NCBI GenBank assembly: GCA_040767085.1
Contig: JAXGPF010000014.1
Coordinates: 1 to 64,000, forward strand
DNA length: 64,000 nt
Reading direction: 5' to 3'
Origin: Kiritimatiellia bacterium
GTDB taxonomy: Bacteria > Verrucomicrobiota > Kiritimatiellia > JAAZAB01
In this document: positions 37,908 through 47,947 of the stretch, one piece after another
How positions within the stretch are numbered: the first letter of the stretch is position 1
Layout of the letters: every line of letters begins with the position of its first letter
Program-made: the position numbers and the translations under genes
Notes under the pieces: generated by a model
The model's database searches: none
What the model was told of the DNA's origin: nothing
The model's input: only the letters and a program-made list of their open reading frames with translations

Positions 37908-40250
37908 TCATTCAAGTTGTTTTGTGATTTTAAGGGAATTAGAGGTCGGCGGGTTTAATTTTCCAACCATAATGCCGAGTATGGGGTAGGCGCAGTCAGC
38001 CTTGGGAACGCATATGTCTTTATAAGCGGGATTGGTTGAACGGAAAATCCAATAGTCGGGAGACTGGATCAGGCGTTTGACGGCATGTTCAGTGGTTAAA
38101 TCGCTCGTAATCCCCAATTCAGTAAGATTTGCGATAACGATTTGATTCGGCTTGCGCGGCGCCCGGTGATATTCAAATATTATTCTATCGCCGATATTCA
38201 GTTCCGGTTCCATCGAATTTCCGGCAATTCGCACTACAAACCGATTCCGGCCGGCCAGGCGGTCAGGCACTATGATCCATGGACATTCCGTGGCATATTT
38301 CAGGTCGGAAATATCGAAGCCGGTGTATGCCGCCCCGGCTGCCAGCGTCCCAATAACTGGTAAATATCTTACAAAAGCCTCTCCGCGTATGTCGGCGTAG
38401 TTGCGGATTTCAAATGCGCTTTCTTGCTCAACCAGCCTGGCGCCCGGCCCTGCAGCAGGCTGATTCATGTGAGATTGTGCCGGAAAGGCGTTTGAATTGG
38501 CGCGCTTGCCCCTGGCCGATGACGGCATACGGACAGCGGCGGATTGTGCCGGCGGTTCCCATCGCGGCACGCAGCGCCGGAAGGCGGTGAGTTCCACGGC
38601 TTCCACCAGGCGCGAGAAGAGCTGTATTTGCCATTTATTACGTTGCAGTGGTAAATTCCCGCAAAATCCCGTTGCTTCCCGTTCAAATCTTTCAGAAAGG
38701 GACTCCCGCAAAACTTCCCAGCATCCAATTATCTCATCCCGGCGGCGATGCAGCAGCCCATTGGACGGTAAAGCGTCGCGTTTATTGTTGTTAATTTCCG
38801 GATGGCACGGCAAAAGGTTCCAGAGGTCGTTGTTGTGCCAGAGCGCAAATGGAATGACATGGTCCATGTCAAAGCGGGACGCCCGGATAGGCCTGCCTGA
38901 CCAGACACACTCGGAAACGCCCGTTTGTTCGAACAGCAGCCGCGCATCGCGAGTTTCACGTTCAGGGTCGGATATCGAAAGCAGTTTCTCCACGATGGCG
39001 CTTAAACTTGTCGCGCCCCTGGACAGGCGTTCCGTCAATTCCGCCCAGCGCAATATTGTTGCGTCCTGAATCCAGTTGCCGGTCATTGTCAGTTCGCGCC
39101 AGAGTTCAAGGGGCATGGTGACTTGCCGGGTTGTTTTATCAAAGCCGAAAACCGAGAAATCCGCACCGCCGCCCGCATAACGCACCGGCATATTCCAGAT
39201 CGTGCTTTCAATTTTCCGTATCGCCATGCGATAATATTCTTGCACATCAGCCGGCAAACCGTTGTTCTTGAGCGCGACCAGGAAGGCCGGCAATCCGCCG
39301 CCCTCACTGAAGGAATTGATCACTTTGCCTATCGGGGCGCGAATGGCAATTGGTTTTGAGCCATCCTGTGTTTCCCCGTATTTCTGGGCGATGAATTTTT
39401 CCGAAGCAATCAGCGGCCAGTAATAGACCAGCCACCGTTCGGCCAGCGTCCGTATGGGGATCCCGACCTGGCCGGGCAGGTCGTAAGTGGCGAGGTTATA
39501 CTGCGTCTGGGCAATCTCCGACAATGCGCGAAACAAGGCGAGTTTATATGTGGCGTCTTTCTTGTCGCGATTCAAGATGCTCTCAACCAAATCCAGCGGC
39601 CGGCCGGCATCATCGCCAAACCTCTGGAAAAGAAACGTGGCCCAAAATGTTCCCGGCCGGTCTTGGGCGTCGGCGGTTTCTTTTTCCCATAACAAGCGAA
39701 ACCCAACCCGTTCCAGGAGGAGCTTCAATTTTGCCGGCGGCAGATCGGCAAAGTAGCGATCATGCGGATCCCGCCGGGTTTTGGGGTCAATGTCAGGTCG
39801 GCGGGCGGGAATTGAAAGCAATAGGCGTCCGCCTGGCCGCAAGACGCGGCGCATGCCGTAGATTGCATCGAACAGATATTCTTCCGGCAGGTGCATCAAA
39901 ACCGCCGAACACAACAAACCATCAAACGAGGAATCGCTGCATGATTTCAATTCCGGCAAGCAGTCCAGCGCGAGGGATCCTTCGGCAGCGAACCCCGCCG
40001 TTCGGCAAGTCTGCGCTGCGATATCAAGCATTGCCTGGCAGGCATCGATCCCGGCAACGTCATGGCCAAGCTGCCGCAACCGCGCGAGGTCCCGGCCTGA
40101 TCCACAGCCGATGTCCAGAATCTTCCCAAACCCATTGAACGCATCTGCAAAATAATCAGAAACACCACCATTTACCGACAGATAGCGGCCGGCCAGCTGC
40201 TGGCTATGGGTGGAGTAATAGTTAAGGGTCTGGGCGTCCAGGTGATCCAT
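37908..40250 (-). CDS. Class I SAM methyltransferase - HNH endonuclease - LexA/S24 peptidase fusion
   Basis: 'ILDIGCGSGRD' and 'CSAVLMH'; 'ATYKLALFRAL'; 'CVWSG...MDHVIPF...NDLWNLLPC...NNNKRD'; 'LPVIGTLAAG', 'IAGNSMEP', 'AVKRL'. Confidence 0.85.
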   Translation of the reverse strand: MDHLDAQTLNYYSTHSQQLAGRYLSVNGGVSDYFADAFNGFGKILDIGCGSGRDLARLRQLGHDVAGIDACQAMLDIAAQTCRTAGFAAEGSLALDCLPELKSCSDSSFDGLLCSAVLMHLPEEYLFDAIYGMRRVLRPGGRLLLSIPARRPDIDPKTRRDPHDRYFADLPPAKLKLLLERVGFRLLWEKETADAQDRPGTFWATFLFQRFGDDAGRPLDLVESILNRDKKDATYKLALFRALSEIAQTQYNLATYDLPGQVGIPIRTLAERWLVYYWPLIASEKFIAQKYGETQDGSKPIAIRAPIGKVINSFSEGGGLPAFLVALKNNGLPADVQEYYRMAIRKIESTIWNMPVRYAGGGADFSVFGFDKTTRQVTMPLELWRELTMTGNWIQDATILRWAELTERLSRGATSLSAIVEKLLSISDPERETRDARLLFEQTGVSECVWSGRPIRASRFDMDHVIPFALWHNNDLWNLLPCHPEINNNKRDALPSNGLLHRRRDEIIGCWEVLRESLSERFEREATGFCGNLPLQRNKWQIQLFSRLVEAVELTAFRRCVPRWEPPAQSAAVRMPSSARGKRANSNAFPAQSHMNQPAAGPGARLVEQESAFEIRNYADIRGEAFVRYLPVIGTLAAGAAYTGFDISDLKYATECPWIIVPDRLAGRNRFVVRIAGNSMEPELNIGDRIIFEYHRAPRKPNQIVIANLTELGITSDLTTEHAVKRLIQSPDYWIFRSTNPAYKDICVPKADCAYPILGIMVGKLNPPTSNSLKITKQLE

Positions 40251-40503
40251 GGTTCAGTATCGCACTTTAGAGCAAAATGCTTGTGCTGATTTTCAGGATA
40301 AGTCAATCCAGAGCAAACGGCAATAAAATTAATTCCAAACGCCGTAACTCTTTAAAAATGTCCCCCTGACCGAGGGTCTGGCCGAGGGGAGGGGCCACAA
40401 CACCCAGGGTCGGCCCTGAAATTAAAAGTTAATTGTTTTGCTATCCGGACCATGCTCCAGGGAATGGCGGCCAAGGCGCTGGCCGCGCTGGCGGTGCGGG
40501 CCA

Positions 40504-40530
40504 GGCGGTCAAGGGACTGACCGCCCTACC
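40504..40530. repeat. GTAG-type REP-like hairpin
   Basis: GGCGGTCA-AGGGAC-TGACCGCC-CTACC; differs from 18230-18256 by one compensatory base pair. Confidence 0.6.
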
Positions 40531-40572
40531 AAAATTCTCAATTGCCGAGACAATTGAGAAGAAAAAGCGCAG

Positions 40573-41478
40573 TCAAGCCTGCGCACTCCAAAGCCGTTGC
40601 GCGGGCCCCATGGACTGGTCGCGATAATGCGATGGGGCGCAATGAAAATGGTGGCTGAAAACGTGGTAGAAATGCTGCAAATTGGCGAAGCCGCAATCCA
40701 TCCCGATGCGCTTGATCGGCTCGCCGGTCGACCGCAGCAGCCAGGCGGCGCGCGAAATCCTGGCCTGGAGCGTGAATTGCCGGAAATTAAGGCCCATGGT
40801 CCGGGAAAAAACATAGCGGAACCGGCTGGGGCTCAGCCCGCAATCCCGGGCCGCCTCGTTCAGGAGATAGCGCGCCGCGGGCTGGCATTTCAGGCGCTTG
40901 AGCGCGGGAACAATGCGCTGCAGGTTTTGCAACCGCGGCGCCGTTTCCGGCCGGCCGGCCGGGCTCTGCCAGTTGGCGATCATTAGCAGCAGCAACTCGT
41001 GGATCTTCAGCCAGAGGAGCGATTGTTGGCCACGCGCCGGCGGGTGCGTTCTTGCGGTTTGAAAAATCATTTCTCCGATCCGGACAACCTGCTGGCGGAG
41101 AGCGGGCGAGCTGGCGCGCGGCCGTTCGGCGGGAGACGCGAAAAACGGCGCCAGCCAGTCCACTTCCCCGAAGGGCGCGGCATGGCCGATGAATTCCGGC
41201 GAAATGGTGATGACAATGCGTTTGGCCGGCTTGGTCAGCCGGGTGGCGTGCGGCTCCCAGCAGGAGGTCAGCCAGAATTGCCCCGGTCCCGCGCTCAGGC
41301 GGTGGTTCGGGTAAGCAATTTCCTCGCACCCGCGCAAGACAACGCCGATTTGCAGATCATAATGGCTGTCCGCGGAAAATGCGGGGGTTGGCTGCCGGTA
41401 TTTTACGCAGCGGACATTGAACGGATTGGCGGCGTCCAGGTGATGATCAAATCGGACGGCATGCGTCAAGGTATCCAT
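40573..41478 (-). CDS. AraC-family transcriptional regulator
   Basis: Cupin-like N-terminus; 'AARDCGLSPSRF..VF...MG..F', 'IKRIGMDCGF.NLQHFYHVF...F.CAPSHYR'. Confidence 0.92.
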   Translation of the reverse strand: MDTLTHAVRFDHHLDAANPFNVRCVKYRQPTPAFSADSHYDLQIGVVLRGCEEIAYPNHRLSAGPGQFWLTSCWEPHATRLTKPAKRIVITISPEFIGHAAPFGEVDWLAPFFASPAERPRASSPALRQQVVRIGEMIFQTARTHPPARGQQSLLWLKIHELLLLMIANWQSPAGRPETAPRLQNLQRIVPALKRLKCQPAARYLLNEAARDCGLSPSRFRYVFSRTMGLNFRQFTLQARISRAAWLLRSTGEPIKRIGMDCGFANLQHFYHVFSHHFHCAPSHYRDQSMGPAQRLWSAQA

Positions 41479-41542
41479 CGGCGGAGCCTCGCAAAAAGCC
41501 CGGCGTTAGAGTTGTTTCCAAAAGTCAGGTGTCGCAAGCAGG

Positions 41543-41797
41543 GTTCAGCAGGTAGTGTTCAGCAGATAGTGTTCAGCAGGTAGTGTTCAGTGTTCGGTGT
41601 TCAGTGTTCGGGATTGAGTGTTCAGTGTTCGGTGTGGGAGGGTCAGCGTTCGGTGTTCAGGGGTCGGAGTTCGGTGTTCAGTGATCGGAGTTCGGGGGTG
41701 GGGGTTGGGTGTTCGGTGTTCGGGGGTCAGGAGTCGGAGTTGGGTGTTCAGTGTTCGGCATTCGGTGTTCAGCGTTCGGTGTTCGGAGTTCGGAGTT
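41543..41797 (+). repeat. Degenerate heptamer tandem array (TGTTCAG/TGTTCGG/AGTTCGG), starting with three 14-bp units GTTCAGCAG[G/A]TAGT
   Basis: Directly visible 7-bp periodicity over ~250 bp between divergent genes. Confidence 0.9.
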
Positions 41798-41836
41798 AAA
41801 GACAATCTTTCAGACGGAACAGACAATACCCGGGGA

Positions 41837-41864
41837 TTGCATTTAGCGATAAAAGCGGCATAAT
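41837..41864 (+). promoter_or_regulatory. Putative sigma70 promoter
   Basis: TTGCAT-N16-CATAAT about 50 bp upstream of ATG 41916. Confidence 0.3.
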
Positions 41865-41915
41865 GAACAAGGATTGCATTTGGAAAGTAGCACCCATCGG
41901 GAAAATAATCAAGTT

Positions 41916-44900
41916 ATGAAAAAAAGCCCTGGTTTCATCAGGATAATCGCCAGCGTCTGCGCGGCGGCCGCCATTTCAGCCCGGGCGCAAAACATCCAGG
42001 ACGATCCGCCGCTCAACGAAACATTTATCGGCCAATCCCTGCTCCTGAATGCCGCGGCCGCCTTCCCGGTCACGGCCTTTAAAGCCGGGGAAAACATGGC
42101 GGAATTTTCCGGGTTTACCGGGGTAACCAATCTCGCCGTCCGGGAGGGGACGCTGACTTTTACGCTGGTGGCGGACCAGGCCGTCCTGGCGTGGGGGAAA
42201 CACGATCAATCCCGGCCGGATTTCAAAATCCAGACCTATCCCGGGTATTTCACGGTCAACCTGGCGGCGCGCCAGTCGGCGGCCTGCGCCTGGACTTGCG
42301 TTTACCGCGATCCGACGCTGGCCAGCGTCAATGGCGCGCCCATCGCGGGCAAGCCGTTCAAGGACGGGCAGGGGCTGGTGTTTGAAAATGTGACTTCCAC
42401 CGGGAAGCGGCGTTATGACAGCAAGAAAAACGCGCTGGCCGCCGCGGTGGCGGGCACCGGCAGCCTGGAATTCACCATCCGGGGTCCGGCGGGGACCCGG
42501 ATAGAAATTACATCCGCCGAAATTGTGGAGCCGCTGCACAAGGTTTTCGCGCGGCATGAATTTGTCGTGCCCCCGGGGAAAATCTGGCGCGCGATCGCGG
42601 ATGTGGCCGGCGCGGCATTTTACGGCCATACCAGGAACCAGGCCAGTTTTTACGTGAATGGCCACGAGGTCAGGTTGCCCGTGCCGGCCATCCACCGGAT
42701 GAACGGGCATACGCTGGACATAACGCCGTGGCTGGTTCCCGGAACCAATGTGGTAGGCGGGTATGTGGAACAACATGTCTTGCAGCCGTCTTTCCACTTT
42801 CAAACCAGAATCGTGATGGACTCCGGCGAACTGGTGGAGGTGACCACCGGGCCGGGGTGGCAATACAGCTTTACGGCGCCGGAGGGCTGGAGCCGGCCGG
42901 GATTCGACGCGGCGGGCTGGCTGGCGGCCACGCAGACGACGGCGCTGACCCGCGCGCAAATGAAGCAGGGATTGAAGGGGGGGCGGACGGATTTCTGGAT
43001 GCCGGAATACCAGGGCCGCCTGGTGCTGGCCAATCCCGCCGGCCGCGAATTGGCCTTTGCCGAAACCAGCAATGTCGTCATGGAAGTCTGCATTCCCATT
43101 GGCCTGCGGGAAACGCACCCGGCGGTTGGCTATCGCGCGGGGCTTTGCCGGGGCGGCCGGGTTACCCTGCTGAAGGAAGGCCGGGTGTCCGAGTGCGCGG
43201 CGGATGGCCTCGACGCCGTTTTCCGGATTGACCTCGGCCGGCTGGCCGGCGGCGTTCATGTCATCGCCCTGGCGCTCCTGGATCGAGCCGGGAATGCGGT
43301 GGAGACGCGCGCGCGCGAACCGTTCCTCGTTATTCCCAACGCCCGGGGCAAAATCATAACCGGCCGAGACTACACCGAGGGCCTGGATTTGGAACTGGAG
43401 GACACGATTGATTTTACGGACGCCAAAGATCCGCATCCCAACTTTGAATCCTGCCCGGCGGAGGGCGAGATTAAAACCCCGGTGATTGTCAGCAAGCCGG
43501 GGTTGCGTTACCGGGAAGTGTCAAGCTGGCGGCGCGAAGCGGGCTTTTCGTACCGCATCGAGTTCAAGCATCCGGGTGATTTTTACCTGATGGAGGTGGA
43601 ATATCCGAATGACGCCAAGCGGCTGATCGAGGTGATGATCAACGGCAAGCAAACCGGGGTGTGGAACAATTGCCAGTCCGCCAGCGGCGCGGAGACGGGG
43701 GGGCGTTCCCTGCCAACCGGCAAAATGGAAAAGCTCCAGTGGCTGCACGTGGCCGATCCGGGCGTCCATTCGGTGGATATTGTCAATCACCGCAATCATG
43801 AAAAGTGCGCGGCCAGCCGCCTGAACATCTACCGGGTCAAGGGGCGTCTGCCGGAGCTGGCCGCCGGGCGCAGCCGCGCGTTCGGTCAATACACGGAGAA
43901 TGTCAAGTCGTATGGCGGCGTGGGGAATGTATTCGGAGTGGGCCGGATCGGTTCCGCGGATAATCCCGATTTCCCGGCCGAAATGACCCTGCCGCTGACG
44001 GCCTGGCACATCAAGTACCTGGAATGGTTTTACGATGTGTTTGACCGGTACATGCAATACAACAAGTTCTGCGGCCGCAACCTGCTGCTGATGGGGTGCT
44101 ATCAATACAGCGCTAAGACCGCCATGTATTTGCCGGCGCCGGAATACCAGACCGCGCGCATCAGCCAGTGCTGGCGCCGGATGCTGGCGCAGTTCATGGA
44201 CAAGAACGGCATGGAATTTTTCACCGAGGTGGACTGGGTCGAGCCGCCGGCGATTGACCATCCCGATGCGACCAACCCGGAAATCGCCGCGGGCGCCGAC
44301 ACGCTGCACATGGTTAACCGGGAGGGCGACCAGGTGGCCACGTATAACTGGCTGCACCCGCTGGTCAAAGAAAAATACATGGAATTGATGAGCGACCTGA
44401 TGCGGTCATTTGGCGATTTAAAAGCCTGCCGGGGCGTGCACACGGGGCTGGGGCCGCGCGCCGTGATCTGGAATATTCCGGGTTTTGCCCCGCATGACGG
44501 GCAGATGGACGCCCTCTATTCCAGCTATGACGATGTCACCTTCGGGCTCTTTGAGCGGGAAACCGGGGCCCGGACCGGCGCGGCTCCGCAGGACCCGGAC
44601 CGCTTCCGCAAACGCGCGGGCCGGCTGGAGCGAGATGCCGCGCTGCGGGCGGAGTTCCTGGCCTGGCGCGGCGCCAAACTGACCGGATTTTTCACCGAAG
44701 CCGCCGCCGCCATCCGGCGGCAGCGCGCGGATTTGTCCCTGGCCATGGTGCCGGCGCTGACGCTCTTCATGCGCAGCAACCGCGTGCCGGTATTGTTTGA
44801 GGAGTTGGAGTTAAAGCAAATCGGGCTGGACGAGTACCTGAAAAGTTTCGGCATCAGCCTGCCGGACTTGAACGCCATCCCGGGTGTCTTCGTCGGGCGC

Positions 44901-46518
44901 TGGGCCATCGGCTGGCTGCGCAGCAAGACCAATCCTTACAATTCCACCCAGGATGCATACACCTGGCTGGGGCAGACGGCCGGCAAATATACCGACCTGT
45001 TCAACCGCGGCGCGCCGGCGCACCGGTATGTCATGCTCTTTGCTGATTGGAATGAGAGCTGGTTCAACGGGCCCGGCGGCAAAAAGCGGGATGCCTCCAA
45101 AATTCCCGGCTTGGAAGACGGCTCGGACTGGATCATGTCCCGCCAACTTGTCCGCTGCCATAGTCAATTTGGCGGACTGAACGCGCGGGAGCCGGTCACG
45201 CACGCGCTGATTACCGGCGATCCGGATATCATGGCGCACGGCTTCTCCGACCTGGCGCTGCCGATCGGGCATGAGCAGGCGCTGCGCAGCATCGCGCGCG
45301 TCATTACCGCCCTGCCCGCGGAATTGTTCAGCCCCGTCCTGAAGACGCGGCTGGACACCAACCTGGCGATCCGCCGGCTCCAGCGCGCCGATGCCACCTG
45401 GTTTTACGTGGCCAATCCCTGCCAGTGGCCGGTCCAAGGCGTCCTTGCGCTCGAGCATGGCGGGAACATCCGGACCGTGCCGGACGGGGAAAACGCCGGG
45501 CAAAATCCGGCGACGCTGCCAATAAACCTCGAGCCGTTTGGCGTCCTGGCTTTCAAGTCCGATTCGGTGGCCTGTCAGATCACCGGGTATCGGACCGAAC
45601 CGCTCGCTCCGGAATGGCTGGAGCGGCTGGCGGGGGTGATGCACGCCATACGGACTTTTATCAAAGACAATGCCGCGCAGTTTTCGGACGCCAAAACAGC
45701 CGCCTTGGAAGCGGAAATCCAGGCGATTGAAGCAACCATTGCCAGGGGCGAATACGCCCTGGCTTGGGTCCGGTTGACCGATCCGGAAATGTGGCAGTAT
45801 TACATCTATGAACCATCCTGCGAAGCCAGGATCAGGAAAGCGCTGCTGCGGAATTACCTGACGGACAAGCCGGCGGCCTTACCCCCGGATTTCAAGCGGG
45901 CAGAGCCGCCGGATGGCCAGCCGCGGGTGCTGACCGTCAAGCGCGCTGCCGGCCCGATCAAGGCCGATGGCGTCCTGGCTGAAGCCGATTGGCAGGACGC
46001 CGTTTTCAACTCCGCTTTTTGGGATTGGGAGCGGCAAACCAACGCGCTGGTCGAAACTGGCGTAACCGCGCAGTTCGACGATCAGGCGCTTTACCTGGCG
46101 CTGGTCTGCGCCGATCCGGATACGGCCCGGCTTGAGGCGTCCGCCAGCGGGGAGCGGAATTTATGGGCGGGCGACGATGCCCTGGGAATTCTGCTGTATC
46201 CGCGGGAGCAGGGGTGTTACTATCAGTTCGGGTTTAATTCGAAGCGGGCCCGCTTTGACCAGAAGGTAATCATCGGCGGCAAGGCGCTATATGACGACTA
46301 CCGCCCGGAATGGCAATTCGCCTCGACCGTCCATCCGCAATACTGGCTGGCCGAGGTGAGGATTCCATGGAAAGCCATGGGCCTGGAATCGGCCGCCGGA
46401 AAAGATGAGCGTTAATTTTTTCCGTGCGTTCCGCTATAATGCCGTGGAAGGCGGATTCTGGAGCCCCGCTTCCGGGGTTCATAGCTACGAATATTTCGGC
46501 GGGGTGAATTTCGAATAA
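41916..46518 (+). CDS. Very large secreted glycoside-hydrolase-like protein with C-terminal CBM9-like domain; frameshifted near 46400 (ORF as sequenced stops at 46415)
   Basis: Signal peptide MKKSPGFIRIIASVCAAAAISARA; CBM9-like 'IKADGVLAEADW...FDDQALYLA...AEVRIPW'; the domain's end (MSVNFFR...WSP...H...FG..NFE*) is encoded in the +1 frame at 46405-46518. Confidence 0.7.
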
Positions 46519-46610
46519 ACTTGCGCGGCGCAAATTTAAATCGGGTGAACTGCGATATTCGCGCATAATTCAGGCGGAAAGAAAGGATATGTCTGACGAG
46601 GAGGTATCGC

Positions 46611-47705
46611 ATGCATGCTAAAATCATGGGGTGTATCATGCTGCTGGCGCTGGCCGGCGGCGCGGCGTGCGCCACGAACCGCTACGTGGCGACCAATAGC
46701 CCGGACCCCGTTTCGCCCTTCACCAACTGGGCGAACGCGGCCACGAATATCCAGAATGCCATTGATATATCATCGGTGGGCGATACGGTCTGGGTATCCA
46801 ACGGCGTTTATGATACCGGGACAAAAACGGCGACGATCAGGGCATCGCCGGAAACTTTCCGGATTGTGCTGGACAAGGCCATTACGGTCAGAAGCGCCGA
46901 CAACGACCCGGCGAACACGATTATCGCCGGCCAAACCGCCCCGGATGTCAAATGCGTCGGCATGGTTTCGAGTTCCACCCTGGTCGGCTTCACGATTTAT
47001 AATGGCCGGGCCAGCACGAATGGCTGGTATGGCGCGGGGATCCTGGGGAATGCGGATAAAACCGCGGTGGTGTCCAACTGCATTATCAGCGCTTGCTCGA
47101 ATGTGACTTATGGCGGCGGGGCGCAAAGCGTGACGCTGTATAATTGCCTGGTCGCCGGCAATAGGGCGCCGAACGGCGGCGGCGGCTTGCGGTACGGGGT
47201 GGCGTACAACTCCATCTTTACGGGCAATTCCAACCAGGCGATGGAGGAGTGCACCGCGTATAACTGCCTGGTGTCCGGCAATTTCGGCAACGGCGGTGTC
47301 GGCGCGCGCTATAGTCTCCTGTATAATTGCACGGTTGTCTCCAATACGGCGCTAACTTCCGGCGGGGGAACATTTCGCGGCACCAATTACAACTGCATTT
47401 CATGGGATAACAACATGGTTGATTATCAACCTCTGGCTTTCCATAGCTGCGGGGTGGGGTATACCAACGGGGGTTCGGTTTACGGCAATATCACCAACAA
47501 CCCGCTCTTTAAAAATCCCGGCGCCCAGGATTACCGCCTCGGCCGCGGATCGTCCTGCGTCAACGCCGGATCCAACCAGGAATGGATGGCCGCCGCCGTG
47601 GACCTGGATGGCAACCCGCGGATTATCGCCATTTTCGGCACCAATGTTGACATGGGCGCCTTTGAATACTTTGTCGGGCCGGGCACTTTGTTTTATGTCC
47701 ATTAA
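46611..47705 (+). CDS. Secreted parallel beta-helix protein with choice-of-anchor-Q-like C-terminus (paralogue of 14005-15747)
   Basis: GGAGG RBS; signal peptide; 'SPFTNWANAATNIQNAID...GDTVWVSNGVY'; 'YRL..GSSCVNAG...DLDGNPR...DMGAFE'. Confidence 0.85.
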   Translation: MHAKIMGCIMLLALAGGAACATNRYVATNSPDPVSPFTNWANAATNIQNAIDISSVGDTVWVSNGVYDTGTKTATIRASPETFRIVLDKAITVRSADNDPANTIIAGQTAPDVKCVGMVSSSTLVGFTIYNGRASTNGWYGAGILGNADKTAVVSNCIISACSNVTYGGGAQSVTLYNCLVAGNRAPNGGGGLRYGVAYNSIFTGNSNQAMEECTAYNCLVSGNFGNGGVGARYSLLYNCTVVSNTALTSGGGTFRGTNYNCISWDNNMVDYQPLAFHSCGVGYTNGGSVYGNITNNPLFKNPGAQDYRLGRGSSCVNAGSNQEWMAAAVDLDGNPRIIAIFGTNVDMGAFEYFVGPGTLFYVH

Positions 47706-47947
47706 ACTGGAGCCGGGCGCCGCCGAGCAAGGCGCTTTGATCCGCCGGCTGGGATTCCGGCGCCGCGGCTGGCAATCCCCGGGCGGGCCGCGCTGGCGGC
47801 ACTGGCCGCCCTCCCGGGAATTGCGATCGGAAATGATGCCTCCGCGGCGGTCCAGGCGGTAATTTTGGATTGCCGGGCTAATCCTCGCAGCGTAAATCCC
47901 GCACACTTCCGGATTGCATATCACGCGGATTTGCGTTAAAAAAATGC

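Noticed and set aside
23000-40500. Prophage or ICE as carrier of the defence island
   Set aside because: No integrase, relaxase, conjugation or phage structural genes and no tRNA attachment site in the window.
41543-41826. LexA boxes in the TGTTC repeats, and the TEHRTLN-type ORFs
   Set aside because: TGTTC occurs only as 7-bp direct repeats, not as a TGTTC-N4-GAACA palindrome or with 11-bp direct spacing; the ORFs are repeat translations.
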